Below, one piece after another: positions 1 to 9,615 of a stretch of 64,000 bases of DNA (positions within the stretch are counted from its first letter, which is position 1; each line of letters starts with the position of its first letter). This stretch comes from an uncultured Caldilineales bacterium (GTDB taxonomy: Bacteria > Chloroflexota > Anaerolineae > J102). The notes under the pieces are model-generated. The model made no database searches. It had not been told where the DNA came from and saw only the letters and a list, made by a program, of their open reading frames with translations. Position numbers and translations under genes: made by a program. The stretch spans positions 5,015 to 69,014 of the forward strand of contig CAZHTZ010000001.1 of the NCBI GenBank assembly GCA_964535455.1, in the 5' to 3' direction.

Positions 1-353
1 AGGGGCACCTCGGACCTGACGGCCAGGGCGATGGCGTCGCTGGGCCGGGCGTCGACGCGAATCTCGCGCTCGTTGAACTCCAGCACGATCTGGGCGTAGA
101 ACACATCCGAGCGCAGGTCATTGACCAAGACGTGCTGCACCTCGGCCCCCAGCGTGGCCAGCACTTTTGACAGGAGGTCGTGCGTCAGCGGTCGCTCCAC
201 CTGCACGCCCTGCAAGCGCAGGGTGATGGCGTCCGCCTCCGGCGCGCCGATCCAGATCGGCAGGTAGCGCTGTGAATCCTTCTCACGCAGCACAACCACG
301 CGATGCTGGCTCATCAGACTGATGCGGACGCTATCGATGGTGACTTCGATCAT
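1..353 (-). CDS. Bifunctional nuclease (BFN/DUF151) family protein, N-terminal part. The gene continues beyond the window start.
   Basis: ATG at 351-353 (minus). Translation begins [50 protein letters not shown], which is a typical BFN-domain N-terminus. Confidence 0.7.
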   Translation of the reverse strand, partial: MIEVTIDSVRISLMSQHRVVVLREKDSQRYLPIWIGAPEADAITLRLQGVQVERPLTHDLLSKVLATLGAEVQHVLVNDLRSDVFYAQIVLEFNEREIRVDARPSDAIALAVRSEVP

Positions 354-439
354 GGGGACCGGCTCCACAAGGCACGAGAGGGTTGGTAAGGATTATAAGG
401 CCGCAGGCACAGAGCGTCAAACAAGGCGGCATTCGGCCT

Positions 440-620
440 GACCTCCGTATGGACCTCCGGGAGGACCACGTCCTTCCCAAGTGGTCCTCCCGGAGGTCTG
501 ACGCTGGCGGAACCAACTGCGCTGCAGGCCCGTCTGTTAGTCAAGCGCAACTTGCAGGGATAGACCTCCGGGAGGCCCATGTAGCCCGCTCCCAACGGGG
601 CCTCCCGGAGGTCTTGTTGC
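440..620. repeat. Two hairpin copies of repeat family A (GACCTCCGGGAGG...CCTCCCGGAGGTC) in a divergent intergenic region.
   Basis: Inverted repeats ggacctccgggaggaccacgtccttcccaagtggtcctcccggaggtc and gacctccgggaggcccatgtagcccgctcccaacggggcctcccggaggtc. The same 13-mer recurs at about 19880 and 61489. Confidence 0.6.
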
Positions 621-675
621 CCCTGACAGCACAGGCGTCGCAAACTGGCAGCATCGACCCAAGGAGGGTTGAGCA

Positions 676-2043
676 ATGGACTATCGCCAATCGATCCAAA
701 ACACCCCGGCCGACGCCGGTGCGCTCGAGGCCCTGTACCAGGCAGCGGTCAAAAGCGGGGAAGGCGAGGCGTTCGCCGCCGCCCTGCGTCTCAGCTACGC
801 CGAAGCGCCGGACAACCTGCTGTACGCCGCCTGGTATCACCGCCTGGCAGCGGCGCCGCCACCCAAGGCCCCTGCGAAAGTGGCCTGGCAGTGGGCCATC
901 CCCCTGGGCGTGGTGGCCGGCCTCCTCCTCTGGTTCCTGACTGATGACAAGCGCTTCGTCCTCAACGTGGAGGGGAGGACGGTCCCGCTGTTCCTGCTCC
1001 TCTGGGCGGCGGCGGACGCGGCGGCGATCCTGGCCTATCTGGTCCTGGCCGGTCCGCGGCGCTGGCGACCGGCGCTGGCGCTGGTGGTGGGGCTGGCGGT
1101 GACGTCCGCTTATGTCATCTTCCTTTACCCCATGATCAGCCTGGGTTCGTTCCAGCAGCAGTACCTCGACCTGATGGCGATCCATCTCCCGGTGCTGGCG
1201 CTGGCGGCGATCGGCGTTTTCGTCCTGCGGGGCCTTTCGGATGCGGAAGACCGCTTTGCCTTCCTGATCAAGTCACTGGAAGCCCTGGTCATGGGCGGCC
1301 TGTTCCTGATCGGCTGGGGCATCCTCACGGCCATCACCTTTGGGCTGTTCCAGGCCCTGGGCATCGAGCCGCCCCAGGCCATCGTACGGCTGTTCATCGG
1401 CGGCGCCGCCGGGTTCGTGCCGGTGGTGGCCGTGGCCCTGGTCTACAACCCCAACGCGCCGCCGCTGCTGCAATCCTTCGACGAAGGCCTGAGCAAGCTC
1501 ATCGCCACGCTGATGCGCGTGCTGCTGCCCCTGAGCCTGATCGTCCTCGTCATCTACCTGGGCTTCATTCCCTTCCGGTTCATGCAGCCCTTCCAGAACC
1601 GGGACGTGCTCATCATCTACAACGCCATGCTTTTTGCGGTCATGGCCCTGTTGGTGGGGGCGACGCCCGCCCCGCGTACGGAGCTGGCCGCGGGCCAGGC
1701 CGTCTGGCTGCGGCGGGGCATCCTCGCCGTCGCCGCCCTGGCCCTGGTCGTCGGCTTTTACGCCTTTGCCGCCATCGTCTACCGTACCTGGCAGGGAGAG
1801 ATCACCCCGAACCGCCTGACCTTCATCGGTTGGAACATCATCAACATCGGCATCCTGACGGCGCTGCTGGTCGGTCAGGTAGGGGCGCAGGTGAAAGGTG
1901 GCGAGTCGCAGGTCGCAGATGAGGAAGTTTTGGAACTGTCCTGGGTCCACAGCCTCTATGGCACCTACGGTGTCGCCGCCATCGCCTACGCCGTGTGGAC
2001 GCTGTTCGTGGTCCTGGCGATCCCGTGGTTGTACCGGTGGTAA
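676..2043 (+). CDS. Polytopic integral membrane protein of unknown function (455 aa).
   Basis: Strong SD aaggagg 8 nt upstream of ATG. The protein has many hydrophobic segments. There is no recognisable catalytic motif. Confidence 0.7.
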   Translation: MDYRQSIQNTPADAGALEALYQAAVKSGEGEAFAAALRLSYAEAPDNLLYAAWYHRLAAAPPPKAPAKVAWQWAIPLGVVAGLLLWFLTDDKRFVLNVEGRTVPLFLLLWAAADAAAILAYLVLAGPRRWRPALALVVGLAVTSAYVIFLYPMISLGSFQQQYLDLMAIHLPVLALAAIGVFVLRGLSDAEDRFAFLIKSLEALVMGGLFLIGWGILTAITFGLFQALGIEPPQAIVRLFIGGAAGFVPVVAVALVYNPNAPPLLQSFDEGLSKLIATLMRVLLPLSLIVLVIYLGFIPFRFMQPFQNRDVLIIYNAMLFAVMALLVGATPAPRTELAAGQAVWLRRGILAVAALALVVGFYAFAAIVYRTWQGEITPNRLTFIGWNIINIGILTALLVGQVGAQVKGGESQVADEEVLELSWVHSLYGTYGVAAIAYAVWTLFVVLAIPWLYRW

Positions 2044-2103
2044 ACGTTACACGTTGCACGTTTGAACGTTACACGTTGGCACGTTGGCACGTTGGCACGT
2101 TGC
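2044..2103. repeat. Tandem 7-mer array (cacgttg/aacgtta units, about 8 copies).
   Basis: acgttacacgttgcacgtttgaacgttacacgttggcacgttggcacgttggcacgttg lies immediately 3' of the membrane-protein stop. Confidence 0.6.
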
Positions 2104-2107
2104 GGGC

Positions 2108-2181
2108 GGGGGCGACCACGGGGGGTCGCCCCTACGGGTGATGGATGGCATGTAGGGGCAACCCCCCGTGGTTGCCCCTGG
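2108..2181. repeat. Repeat family B, two hairpin copies (GGGGCGACC-N-GGTCGCCCCTAC).
   Basis: gggggcgaccacggggggtcgcccctac and gtaggggcaaccccccgtggttgcccctgg. Related copies occur at 18503-18616 and 60259-60284. Confidence 0.6.
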
Positions 2182-2216
2182 GCTGGCGGTCGGCGGTCGG
2201 CAGTCAGCGGTCGTCC

Positions 2217-5200
2217 TCATCCCCCCACAAAACGCCCGTCCGGCAGTGCCGTGGCCTGGCCGAGCAGGGCGAGGGTTTCCAGAAGCTCGGCGACGCGGGC
2301 CACGGGCGCGGCCTGAAAGGCGGCGGCCACCTGGTGGGGCATGGCGGGTACAGCCAGCGCCGCCAGGGCCGCGCGCACGGCCTGGGCTTGTGCGGCCATG
2401 CGGTCGGGCCAGGGTAGGACCGCCCGTGTCGCCAACGATGGCCCTTCTTCCTCCGCCGCAGCGGTCTCGACCAACAGAACGGCCTGTGTGGGTTGCGCCG
2501 CGGCCGGCGCCTGGTAGTCGGGGCGCAGCCAGCGCACGAGGCCCTGCGCCTCCTCGGCGGCGCGCTCAGCGTTGAGGGCCACCAGCCGCTCCAGGATGGC
2601 CTCATCGTCCAGGTCGGGCGGCCAGCCGTAGACGTCGAACACGGCCAGGTCGAGGTCGTCGTGGAGCTGTTTGAGGATGCTGACCAGCCCCTGTTCGTGG
2701 ATGAGGCGCTCGCGCGGGGTCAAGGCGGGTGAGGGTGAGGGCGCCTGTTCGGCGGCAGCCAGCTTCTCCAACACGTTGTACATGCCGGTCAGGGTTAGCT
2801 TGGGGTGCAGGGCCTGCTGGCGCTTGCGGTGGGCGTCCAGCTCTTCGGCCAGGGCGCGGATTCGGGCCTCTTGCTCGTCTGTAGGATCGGGGAAAGGGAA
2901 CTTGTTGAAGCATTCGGAGTGGTTGTAGTTGGAGTCGTTGCCCACACCAAGCCATGCGCCCGTTCGCATCGCCCAGACAACATGGATGTGAGATGAAACC
3001 ACACCCAGAAAGTAGGCGTCTTCCAACGCAATCGCGACAACCTTTGCGTCCGGCACCGTTTCCGATTCGAGGAATACAAAAATCCGATGTTTGGCGGTTC
3101 TGCTTGTGGCAACATACCGCTCTGTCGAAGAAAGTGCGGGCCGAAAGTTCGCTCTTGGCTCTGCAAACAACCACCAACGTTCTCTGTATGAAGAACGATT
3201 GTTTTGGTCTCGTTCGGGCTTAACCCGATCATGAACCCATTGATACACCGCTGGAAACCGTTGCCGAACATCGCCGATGTCGAGCCCAAACAAATCGATC
3301 ACCATTACGTCGCGCGGAATGCCCGTAATGTCCTTGCCGTTTCGATATGGTCGGATGAACTGCTTCAGGTCTGGGGTCGTTGATCTTCCCAACGATTCAG
3401 CTTCACTGGGGGAAAGAACAAAACCCATACCACTCAACTGCACCCCATTGCAGCACAACAACTCGTTGGAGCTCAGTGGAACTGCACTTACCGAGTCAGC
3501 ACCAATTGTCAGGTCGGCATTTACCCGGCCAGCGGACCTTGTCAAATAGACCCTCTTGTCGACGTCGTCTGTTCCTTCCTCCGCAACTACAGTGGCAAGT
3601 ACTCCATCATGTTTGTCGGCAACACCTACCGTCATGGCGATACGAACCGCCGCACCATCAGCACTGTCCACCCAAGGATGATCTGGGATGGCGAAGATGA
3701 GTGACAAACATGGGTCAGCTGATAGATGGTCCTCTACTATCCGTCTGTTAAATCGTTGAGAAAGACTGTTTGTTGTGATGAGTCCAAAACGGTGTGTAGA
3801 TTCCAGGCGCACCAGATTGGCCGCATGATTCCACCAATACATCACGTAGTCAAAGCTGCTGGGCAGACTACGATAGGCCGTTCGTAAAGCATCAACGTAC
3901 CCGTCTCCAAGTACATCTCGCATTCGCTTGTCGCCGATAAACGGCGGATTGCCGACGACGAAATCGGCCTCCGGCCAAGCGGCGGGGCGGGGGTTGAGGT
4001 AGCGCCAGGCGGGGACGCGGGCGCTTTCGTCTGGCACCGGCTCGCCGGTCACGGGGTGGGGCTTGAACGTGCGCCCGTCCCAACGGGTCACGGGCCGGCC
4101 CTCGGCGTCCAGCAGCGGCTCCACCGCGTCCCAGACCAGCACGGCGTCGCGGCACTCGATGTTGTGCAGGTTGCGCAGAATCGGCTCGGGCAGGCCGGCG
4201 GCGTCGCCGCGGGTGCGCAGGTGCCACTGCAGGTAGCCGATCCACAGCACCAACTCGGCGATGGCGGCGGCGCGGGGGTTGACCTCGATGCCGTAGAACT
4301 GCTCCGGCCGCACGATCTCGCCCTCCAGCTCCAGCGACTCCTGTTCCTGCCCCAGCTTGCGCAGCACCTCCAGCACCTCGCCTTCCAGCCGCTTCAGGTG
4401 CTCCAGGGTGACATAAAGAAAATTGGCGGTGCCGCAGGCGGGGTCGAGGATGCGGATGCTGGCCAGCCGCCGCCGGAAGGCCCTGACCTCGGCCAGCGCC
4501 TCCGCCCGCTTGCCCTGCTCGGCCAGCAGCAGCGCCGCCGTCTGCACCGACTCCCACTCCGCCCGCAGCGGCTCGATGATGGTGGGCAGCACCAGGCGCT
4601 CGACATAGGCCCGCGGCGTGAAGTGCGCGCCCAGCTTGTGGCGCTCGGCCGGGTCCAGCGCCCGCACCAGCAGCGCCCCGAAGATGGCAGGCTCCACGTC
4701 GCGCCAATCGGCGCCGGCGGCCTCGATCAGCAGTTGGATCTGGTCGACGGTCAGGGGCAGGGCCGTGGTCTCTTCGAACAGGCCGCCGTCGAAGTGCGGC
4801 ACGGGCGCCCGCAGGGCCACGGAAAAGCCGCCGTGGGCCATGGTCCGCCACAGCTCTGCGGTCAAGGGTGGAAAGCTGGCGTGATTGAGTTTCGCATCGG
4901 CCAGAAGCTGCGTGAAGCCGCGGTTGGGCAGCAGGCCCACGTCCTCGGCGAACATGGTGAACAAGCAGCGCATCAGGAAATGGGCCACGTCTTCCGGCGA
5001 ATGCGCCTGCTCCAGCGAGCAGGCCAGCCGCGCCAGCCGCTCGGCGATCTCGCGCGTGACGCGGGCGCTGCGCCGGGCCGGGTCCAAGCTCATGGGTTCG
5101 AGCCAGACCTGGCGCAGCAGCGCCCTCGTCGTGTCATCCTGCAGGTCAGCCAGGTCGAGCCGGTAATGGGCCGGGTCAGGGAAGGGGATGTAGTTGCCGC

Positions 5201-5702
5201 CCGTGCGGCTGAACTCCGCGTATAGAGCGATGGACCGGCCCACGTCCACCACGATCAGGAAGGGCGTCCGGCCGCCTTCGATCTCGCCCGGCGGCAGATT
5301 GCGGGCATAGGACTGCGCCTGCTGTCTGGCCCGCTCCATGGCCGTATCCCAACCCGCGGTCCCGCGCACCGCCGTGCCCCGCCTGCGGCCCTTGATTTGG
5401 CGTTCTCCCTCCTGCGACAGCGCCTCATCTGTCGCGCGGTCGCTCCCCTGTTTGGCCTCCAGCACAAAACAGCCGCGTTTATAAAGGTCGATGCGGCCGG
5501 TCGCGCCGTGGGGCAGCGGCGCCGATTTCTCGAAGACGTAGGCGTTCTGGGCCTCGTCCGGCGTCGACGGGTGCGGCTGCTCCACGTCCAGCACGTGGCA
5601 CAGCTCGGTCAGAAAGAGCTGGTAATTGGCGCGTTCGGCGGCGCCGGAGGCCTGCCAGCGCTCGATAAAGGCCTGGATGTCCTGTGGAGAAGCGTCAGGC
5701 AT
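2217..5702 (-). CDS. Type IIG/IIL restriction-modification enzyme of the MmeI family: N-terminal PD-ExK nuclease, gamma-class N6-adenine methyltransferase, C-terminal TRD. A PglX-like relationship is possible.
   Basis: The N-terminus [38 protein letters not shown] matches the MmeI/PglX family. D-x-EAK is present ([17 protein letters not shown]). Motif I is [28 protein letters not shown] and motif IV is [12 protein letters not shown]. The C-terminal half is low-GC (2930-3960). Confidence 0.8.
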   Translation of the reverse strand: MPDASPQDIQAFIERWQASGAAERANYQLFLTELCHVLDVEQPHPSTPDEAQNAYVFEKSAPLPHGATGRIDLYKRGCFVLEAKQGSDRATDEALSQEGERQIKGRRRGTAVRGTAGWDTAMERARQQAQSYARNLPPGEIEGGRTPFLIVVDVGRSIALYAEFSRTGGNYIPFPDPAHYRLDLADLQDDTTRALLRQVWLEPMSLDPARRSARVTREIAERLARLACSLEQAHSPEDVAHFLMRCLFTMFAEDVGLLPNRGFTQLLADAKLNHASFPPLTAELWRTMAHGGFSVALRAPVPHFDGGLFEETTALPLTVDQIQLLIEAAGADWRDVEPAIFGALLVRALDPAERHKLGAHFTPRAYVERLVLPTIIEPLRAEWESVQTAALLLAEQGKRAEALAEVRAFRRRLASIRILDPACGTANFLYVTLEHLKRLEGEVLEVLRKLGQEQESLELEGEIVRPEQFYGIEVNPRAAAIAELVLWIGYLQWHLRTRGDAAGLPEPILRNLHNIECRDAVLVWDAVEPLLDAEGRPVTRWDGRTFKPHPVTGEPVPDESARVPAWRYLNPRPAAWPEADFVVGNPPFIGDKRMRDVLGDGYVDALRTAYRSLPSSFDYVMYWWNHAANLVRLESTHRFGLITTNSLSQRFNRRIVEDHLSADPCLSLIFAIPDHPWVDSADGAAVRIAMTVGVADKHDGVLATVVAEEGTDDVDKRVYLTRSAGRVNADLTIGADSVSAVPLSSNELLCCNGVQLSGMGFVLSPSEAESLGRSTTPDLKQFIRPYRNGKDITGIPRDVMVIDLFGLDIGDVRQRFPAVYQWVHDRVKPERDQNNRSSYRERWWLFAEPRANFRPALSSTERYVATSRTAKHRIFVFLESETVPDAKVVAIALEDAYFLGVVSSHIHVVWAMRTGAWLGVGNDSNYNHSECFNKFPFPDPTDEQEARIRALAEELDAHRKRQQALHPKLTLTGMYNVLEKLAAAEQAPSPSPALTPRERLIHEQGLVSILKQLHDDLDLAVFDVYGWPPDLDDEAILERLVALNAERAAEEAQGLVRWLRPDYQAPAAAQPTQAVLLVETAAAEEEGPSLATRAVLPWPDRMAAQAQAVRAALAALAVPAMPHQVAAAFQAAPVARVAELLETLALLGQATALPDGRFVGG

Positions 5703-5834
5703 GGACGTATTTCCGACCAGCACGGCGAAGGGTCTATGGACGCCCAGTATACCGCAGAAGCCCACCCAGCCCGATTCATCGGGCGCTGTTTCTTAGCCGG
5801 GGGACTTCATCCTCCGGCGGCCTGCCCACCACAC

Positions 5835-5885
5835 TTTCGTATCCTTGCGAGTGACCGATGCCGCGCGGCATGGACAACTCGCAAG
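5835..5885. promoter_or_regulatory. Stem-loop between the cNMP-binding gene 3' end and the RM gene start.
   Basis: ccttgcgagt...gccgcgcggc...actcgcaagg inverted repeat. No U-tract follows, so its role (attenuator or terminator) is uncertain. Confidence 0.3.
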
Positions 5886-5904
5886 GAAACGGGACGATAA
5901 GTCC

Positions 5905-6402
5905 CTAAAGCTTCATCGCAAGCGACTCGACGCGCAGGTCCTGCAAGCGGGCGCGCGTCACCTGCACGACCTTCTGCAGCATCAGGTAGCCGAACCGGCA
6001 ATCGGAATCGAAGGCCCGCTGCAGCGCCGGGCAGTCGAAAGCAACTACCCGGCAGGGCGCCGTCGCCCTGGCCCCTGAGGTGGCGGCATGGGGCGGCACC
6101 AGGCCCGACCAGCCGAAAATGTCTCCTGGCACAACGTTGGACACCACCACGTCCTGCGTGGCGAGCTGCCCAGTCATTTGCCCGGACACGGGATGGGCCA
6201 CGTTCTGCTCCGGCAGCTGCATGACGATGCTCACGGCGCCGTCGATCAGAAAGAAGAACCGGTCCAGCTCAACGCCTTCGTGGAAGAAGTAGCGTCCGGC
6301 ATCGACCTGCATCTCCCTACCGGCGCCGGCCAACTTCATAAGATTGTCGGGCGTGAAGTCGCTGAAGAAAGGATAGCGGCGGAGAAGTTCGGGTGAAATC
6401 AT
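5905..6402 (-). CDS. Single-domain cyclic-nucleotide-binding protein (165 aa).
   Basis: Start MISPELLRRYPFFSDF. The cNMP-binding beta-roll features include FFHEGVELDRFFFLIDGAVSIV and GDIFGWSGLV. The longer upstream ORF extension runs through the tandem repeat and was rejected. Confidence 0.75.
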   Translation of the reverse strand: MISPELLRRYPFFSDFTPDNLMKLAGAGREMQVDAGRYFFHEGVELDRFFFLIDGAVSIVMQLPEQNVAHPVSGQMTGQLATQDVVVSNVVPGDIFGWSGLVPPHAATSGARATAPCRVVAFDCPALQRAFDSDCRFGYLMLQKVVQVTRARLQDLRVESLAMKL

Positions 6403-6424
6403 GGGGCGCCTCGGAAGAGGGAGG

Positions 6425-6462
6425 GTGAATTGCGAATTGGGAATTGCGAATTGGGAATTGCG
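6425..6462. repeat. Tandem 7-mer array (gaattgc/gaattgg, about 5 copies).
   Basis: tgaattgcgaattgggaattgcgaattgggaattgcgg. Confidence 0.55.
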
Positions 6463-6488
6463 GACGGCGAGGCGTAGGGGGCGGGGTA

Positions 6489-6537
6489 GGGGCGAGGCTT
6501 CGCCCTGAGGCCTCAGCCCGAAGGGTCGCCTCGCCCC
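6489..6537. repeat. Repeat family C palindrome.
   Basis: ggggcgaggcttcgccctgaggcctcagcccgaagggtcgcctcgcccc. Its core is shared with 14743-14781. Confidence 0.5.
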
Positions 6538-6550
6538 GATGGCGGGGGGG

Positions 6551-7024
6551 TCAGGCGGCGAGGTCGCTGAGGACAGCGGCGACAACAGAAGGGATGACGG
6601 CGGCGACGGCGGGGGTGGGCTGGCTGCTGAAATCGGCGACGTTGGCGACGCGGATGGCGTAGATGACGATGTCGGTGGGCAGGGGCAGACCCATGCGGCG
6701 GCCCGTGTCCAGGGCGGTGATCAGGCTGGCGTCATGGGCCGAGGCGCTGTGCTGCGTGGCGCTGACCGCTTCCAGGTCGGCCAGGGTCAGGCGATGGCTG
6801 GCGCCGGGCGGCTCGTGGCCGGCCGTGTAGGCATCGATGAGAAAAGCGCGGTCGTAGCCCATCATCATCTCCATCAGCCGCAGACCGCCCACGCTGGCTT
6901 CGGTGATGGTCACGCCTTCCTTGCCGTGTGGTCCCAATGCTGCTGCGACGGCCTGCGCCACCAGCACGCCGACGCCGTCGTCGCTGAGGATGGGGTTGCC
7001 AAGCCCGATGACGATGGTGTTCAT
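6551..7024 (-). CDS. Hydrogenase maturation protease (HycI/HyaD/FrhD family).
   Basis: MNTIVIGLGNPILSDDGVGV...FLIDA. It sits directly downstream of the [NiFe] large subunit. Confidence 0.85.
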   Translation of the reverse strand: MNTIVIGLGNPILSDDGVGVLVAQAVAAALGPHGKEGVTITEASVGGLRLMEMMMGYDRAFLIDAYTAGHEPPGASHRLTLADLEAVSATQHSASAHDASLITALDTGRRMGLPLPTDIVIYAIRVANVADFSSQPTPAVAAVIPSVVAAVLSDLAA

Positions 7025-7076
7025 GAGCTGTGCAGCAAGGTGCGACGCACTTTGAAAGTGCGTCGCACCTTGCCGC

Positions 7077-8558
7077 CTATCTTTGCAGCCGCACGACCTC
7101 ATCGCCCTTTACATCCCACACCACCACCTCCAGCGGCATCTGGCCGGGCAGCGAATGGGTGGCGCAGGACATGCAGGGGTCGTAGTTGCGGAAGGCCATC
7201 TCGATGCGGTTGAGCAGTCCATCCGTGATCACGGCGTCCCGGGTGATCAGCGACTGGGCAGCCTTTTTCACCGACATGGCGATGGGGGCGTAGTTGTTGG
7301 TGGTGCCGACGATGAGGTTGACCCCGGTCAGGATGCCGTTTTCGTCGGTGCGGTAGTGATGGGTCAGGGTGCCGCGCGGGGCCTCCACGGAACCCACGCC
7401 CTCGTCAGGTGTTGTCGTGATGATGGGGCGCACGTTGGGGTCGGTGATCTCCGGGTCCTGGACCAGCTCCAGCATGCGCTCGGCAGCGTAGAGCATCTCG
7501 ACCAGCCTAGCCCAATGCGTCGCCAGGCGCAGATGCACGGGCTCGTAATGGCCGTTCGTCTTGTTGCTGCCCAGGGTCTCGTAGAAGCGCTCGTAGGCTG
7601 CCTGGGCCCGCGGGGTGGCCATGCCGTCAGCCGCGTTCAGCCGCGACAGAGGCGTAGCGCAGTAAACGCCGCTGTCCTTGCCGTCGACAAAGCCTTTCCA
7701 GCCGACTTTCTTCAGGTAAGGGAACTTGAGATAGGTCCACGGCTCCACGCGCTCGGCGATGTGCTGCGCGTAGTCGCGGCAAGGGTACTTGACGAACTCT
7801 TTGCCGTCAGGGTCCACCACCCGGATCATGCCGTCGTAGAAGTTGACCCGGTTTTGGGCGTCGACCGTGCCCATGTAGTAGGTGCGATGGCTGTAGGTGT
7901 CGGAGAGGATGAGGTCGACATAGGCCGGGTTCGCCAGCACGATGTCGTCGAAGACCTGCAGCGAGAACTGGGCAAAGTCCACGTTCTGGCGGGCGATGCC
8001 CTCGATCTCCTCACGCTCGGCCGGCGCAACCGCCCGGCTCCAGCCGCCCGGCAGCCCTGCCACCGGGTGTACCCCGCGACCTCCCAGCATCTTGATCACG
8101 TGATGGTTGCGCATGCGGCAGTCGATGACCTTCCTGCCGGTTTCCACGCCCACCTTGTGGATGACGCCCAGGATGTTGCGCTCCGCCGCCGGCGCGTCGG
8201 GGCCGACCACGAAGTCAGGGCCGCCCAGCGCATAGAAATGCGTGGTGTGGTCGGTGACGTAGAAGGCCATGTAGAACATCTCGCGCAGCTTTTTCACCGC
8301 GGACGATGGCTCGACGTGGTAGAGTGCATCGAGCGCCTTGGTGGCGGCCATGTGGTGCGCCTCCGGGCAGACGCCGCAGATGCGGTTGGTGATGCGGGGC
8401 ATTTCCTCGGCGGGCCGACCCACGCAGAAGGCCTCGAAGCCGCGCAGCTCGGGAATCTGGAAGTAGGCGTTGGCGACGTCGCCCTCCTCATTGAGGAAAA
8501 TCTCGATCTTGCCGTGCCCTTCCAGGCGAGTGATGGGATCAATGCTGATGCGTTTCAT
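7077..8558 (-). CDS. mvhA: [NiFe] hydrogenase large subunit, MvhA-like (group 3).
   Basis: MKRISIDPITRLEGHGK, N-terminal RICGVCPEAH, C-terminal DPCMSCATH followed by a 25-aa extension that the maturation protease would cleave. Confidence 0.9.
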   Translation of the reverse strand: MKRISIDPITRLEGHGKIEIFLNEEGDVANAYFQIPELRGFEAFCVGRPAEEMPRITNRICGVCPEAHHMAATKALDALYHVEPSSAVKKLREMFYMAFYVTDHTTHFYALGGPDFVVGPDAPAAERNILGVIHKVGVETGRKVIDCRMRNHHVIKMLGGRGVHPVAGLPGGWSRAVAPAEREEIEGIARQNVDFAQFSLQVFDDIVLANPAYVDLILSDTYSHRTYYMGTVDAQNRVNFYDGMIRVVDPDGKEFVKYPCRDYAQHIAERVEPWTYLKFPYLKKVGWKGFVDGKDSGVYCATPLSRLNAADGMATPRAQAAYERFYETLGSNKTNGHYEPVHLRLATHWARLVEMLYAAERMLELVQDPEITDPNVRPIITTTPDEGVGSVEAPRGTLTHHYRTDENGILTGVNLIVGTTNNYAPIAMSVKKAAQSLITRDAVITDGLLNRIEMAFRNYDPCMSCATHSLPGQMPLEVVVWDVKGDEVVRLQR

Positions 8559-8568
8559 AGCGCCTCTC

Positions 8569-9615
8569 CTAAGACCTTGCCGGTTGCGGGACGGCTGCCT
8601 CGACGCCATCCGTTCGGGTCCGCCGCAGCAGCGAGTGCGCCATGCTGAAGCGGTAGAACGTCCCGGCCGGATCGACGATGGTGTCCACTGCGGCCTCGAC
8701 CTTGCGTTCCAACTCGAGCTCATTGTCGCCCGGCCTGCCGCTCACATCCAAAATCGAGGCGATGGCCGTCAGCATGCGCATGCCCTGATCCTCGACGCCG
8801 GGCAGCGGACCATAACAGCCGCGGCAGCCCATGCCCACCTGCGGACAAAGGGCGCCGCAGCCGCTGAGCGTGGCCGGGCCCATGCACACCAGGCCCTGCT
8901 CCAGCAGGCACAGCCCCGGTTGGGGCTGGATTTCGTAGGGGCGATAGAAGCGGGCAACGGTTTTCTCGTTCTTGGCCAAAGGGCACTCCTCGCAGACGGC
9001 GACGGTGCCGGCGCCCAAAAGGGAACCCTTGGGTGGGAGAGGCGCGCCCTGGGTCAGCGCCGCCACCACCACCTGCAGCACGGCCCAGATCTGATGGGGC
9101 TCGGGCGGGCAGCCGGGGATGGTGTAGTCCACGTCCACAACCTGGTCGAGCGACTTGACCGTATGGTAGAAGACGGGAATCTCCAGATCGCCTTCGGGGA
9201 CAGACGTGTGCGGTTGGGGCAAAATGCCGGCAGGGTTGTCAATGGATGGGTTGTCGAGAAAGACTGCCCGCAGGGTGGCTTCACGCGTCGTCAGGTTCGA
9301 GAGGGCGGGGATGCAGCCCTCATAGGCGCAGGAACCAAAGGCCACCAACAGCTTCGACTTCCGCCGCAGCAGGTGCGCCATCTCCTCGTTTTCCGAATTG
9401 CGGATGGCGCCGTTGAACAGGCAGAGGTCGATGGTGCCGTCGGGGTAACCCATCACATCCTTGACCTTGAAGTCGGCGATGCAGGGGAAGAAAGCCAGGT
9501 CGAAGACCGCATCCACCGTCAAGATGTGCTCGCCGATGTTCAAGGTGCTGATCTCACAGCCGCCGCAAGCGGAGGCCCAATACATGGCTAGCTTGGGTTT
9601 GCCGTTGGCGCTCAT
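8569..9615 (-). CDS. mvhG: [NiFe] hydrogenase small subunit, MvhG-like.
   Basis: MSANGKPKLAMYWASACGGCEISTLN and multiple Cys clusters for FeS centres. Confidence 0.85.
   Translation of the reverse strand: MSANGKPKLAMYWASACGGCEISTLNIGEHILTVDAVFDLAFFPCIADFKVKDVMGYPDGTIDLCLFNGAIRNSENEEMAHLLRRKSKLLVAFGSCAYEGCIPALSNLTTREATLRAVFLDNPSIDNPAGILPQPHTSVPEGDLEIPVFYHTVKSLDQVVDVDYTIPGCPPEPHQIWAVLQVVVAALTQGAPLPPKGSLLGAGTVAVCEECPLAKNEKTVARFYRPYEIQPQPGLCLLEQGLVCMGPATLSGCGALCPQVGMGCRGCYGPLPGVEDQGMRMLTAIASILDVSGRPGDNELELERKVEAAVDTIVDPAGTFYRFSMAHSLLRRTRTDGVEAAVPQPARS

Noticed and set aside
383-940. 185-aa plus-strand ORF spanning the family A hairpins and the start of the membrane-protein gene.
   Set aside because: It reads through palindromic repeats (self-complementary, hence open in several frames) and overlaps a better-supported gene with a strong RBS.
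2044-2181. Possible CRISPR array, suggested by the short direct repeats and hairpins.
   Set aside because: The units are 7-mers in direct tandem without spacers. The hairpins are not separated by unique spacers of uniform length, and no cas genes are in the window.
2217-5702. Considered a BREX system (PglX).
   Set aside because: No brxA/brxB/brxC/pglZ/brxL-like genes flank it. The neighbours are a membrane protein and a cNMP-binding protein. It is reported instead as a solitary MmeI-family enzyme.
7083-8648. Long plus-strand ORF (521 aa) antisense to mvhA. Similar long antisense ORFs occur at 10163-12292, 22130-24481, 4056-5225, 58272-60008 and 62910-63911.
   Set aside because: They are high-GC antisense artefacts. 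Their translations are Arg/Ala/Gly/Pro-rich and low in complexity. The opposite strands encode proteins with unambiguous family motifs.
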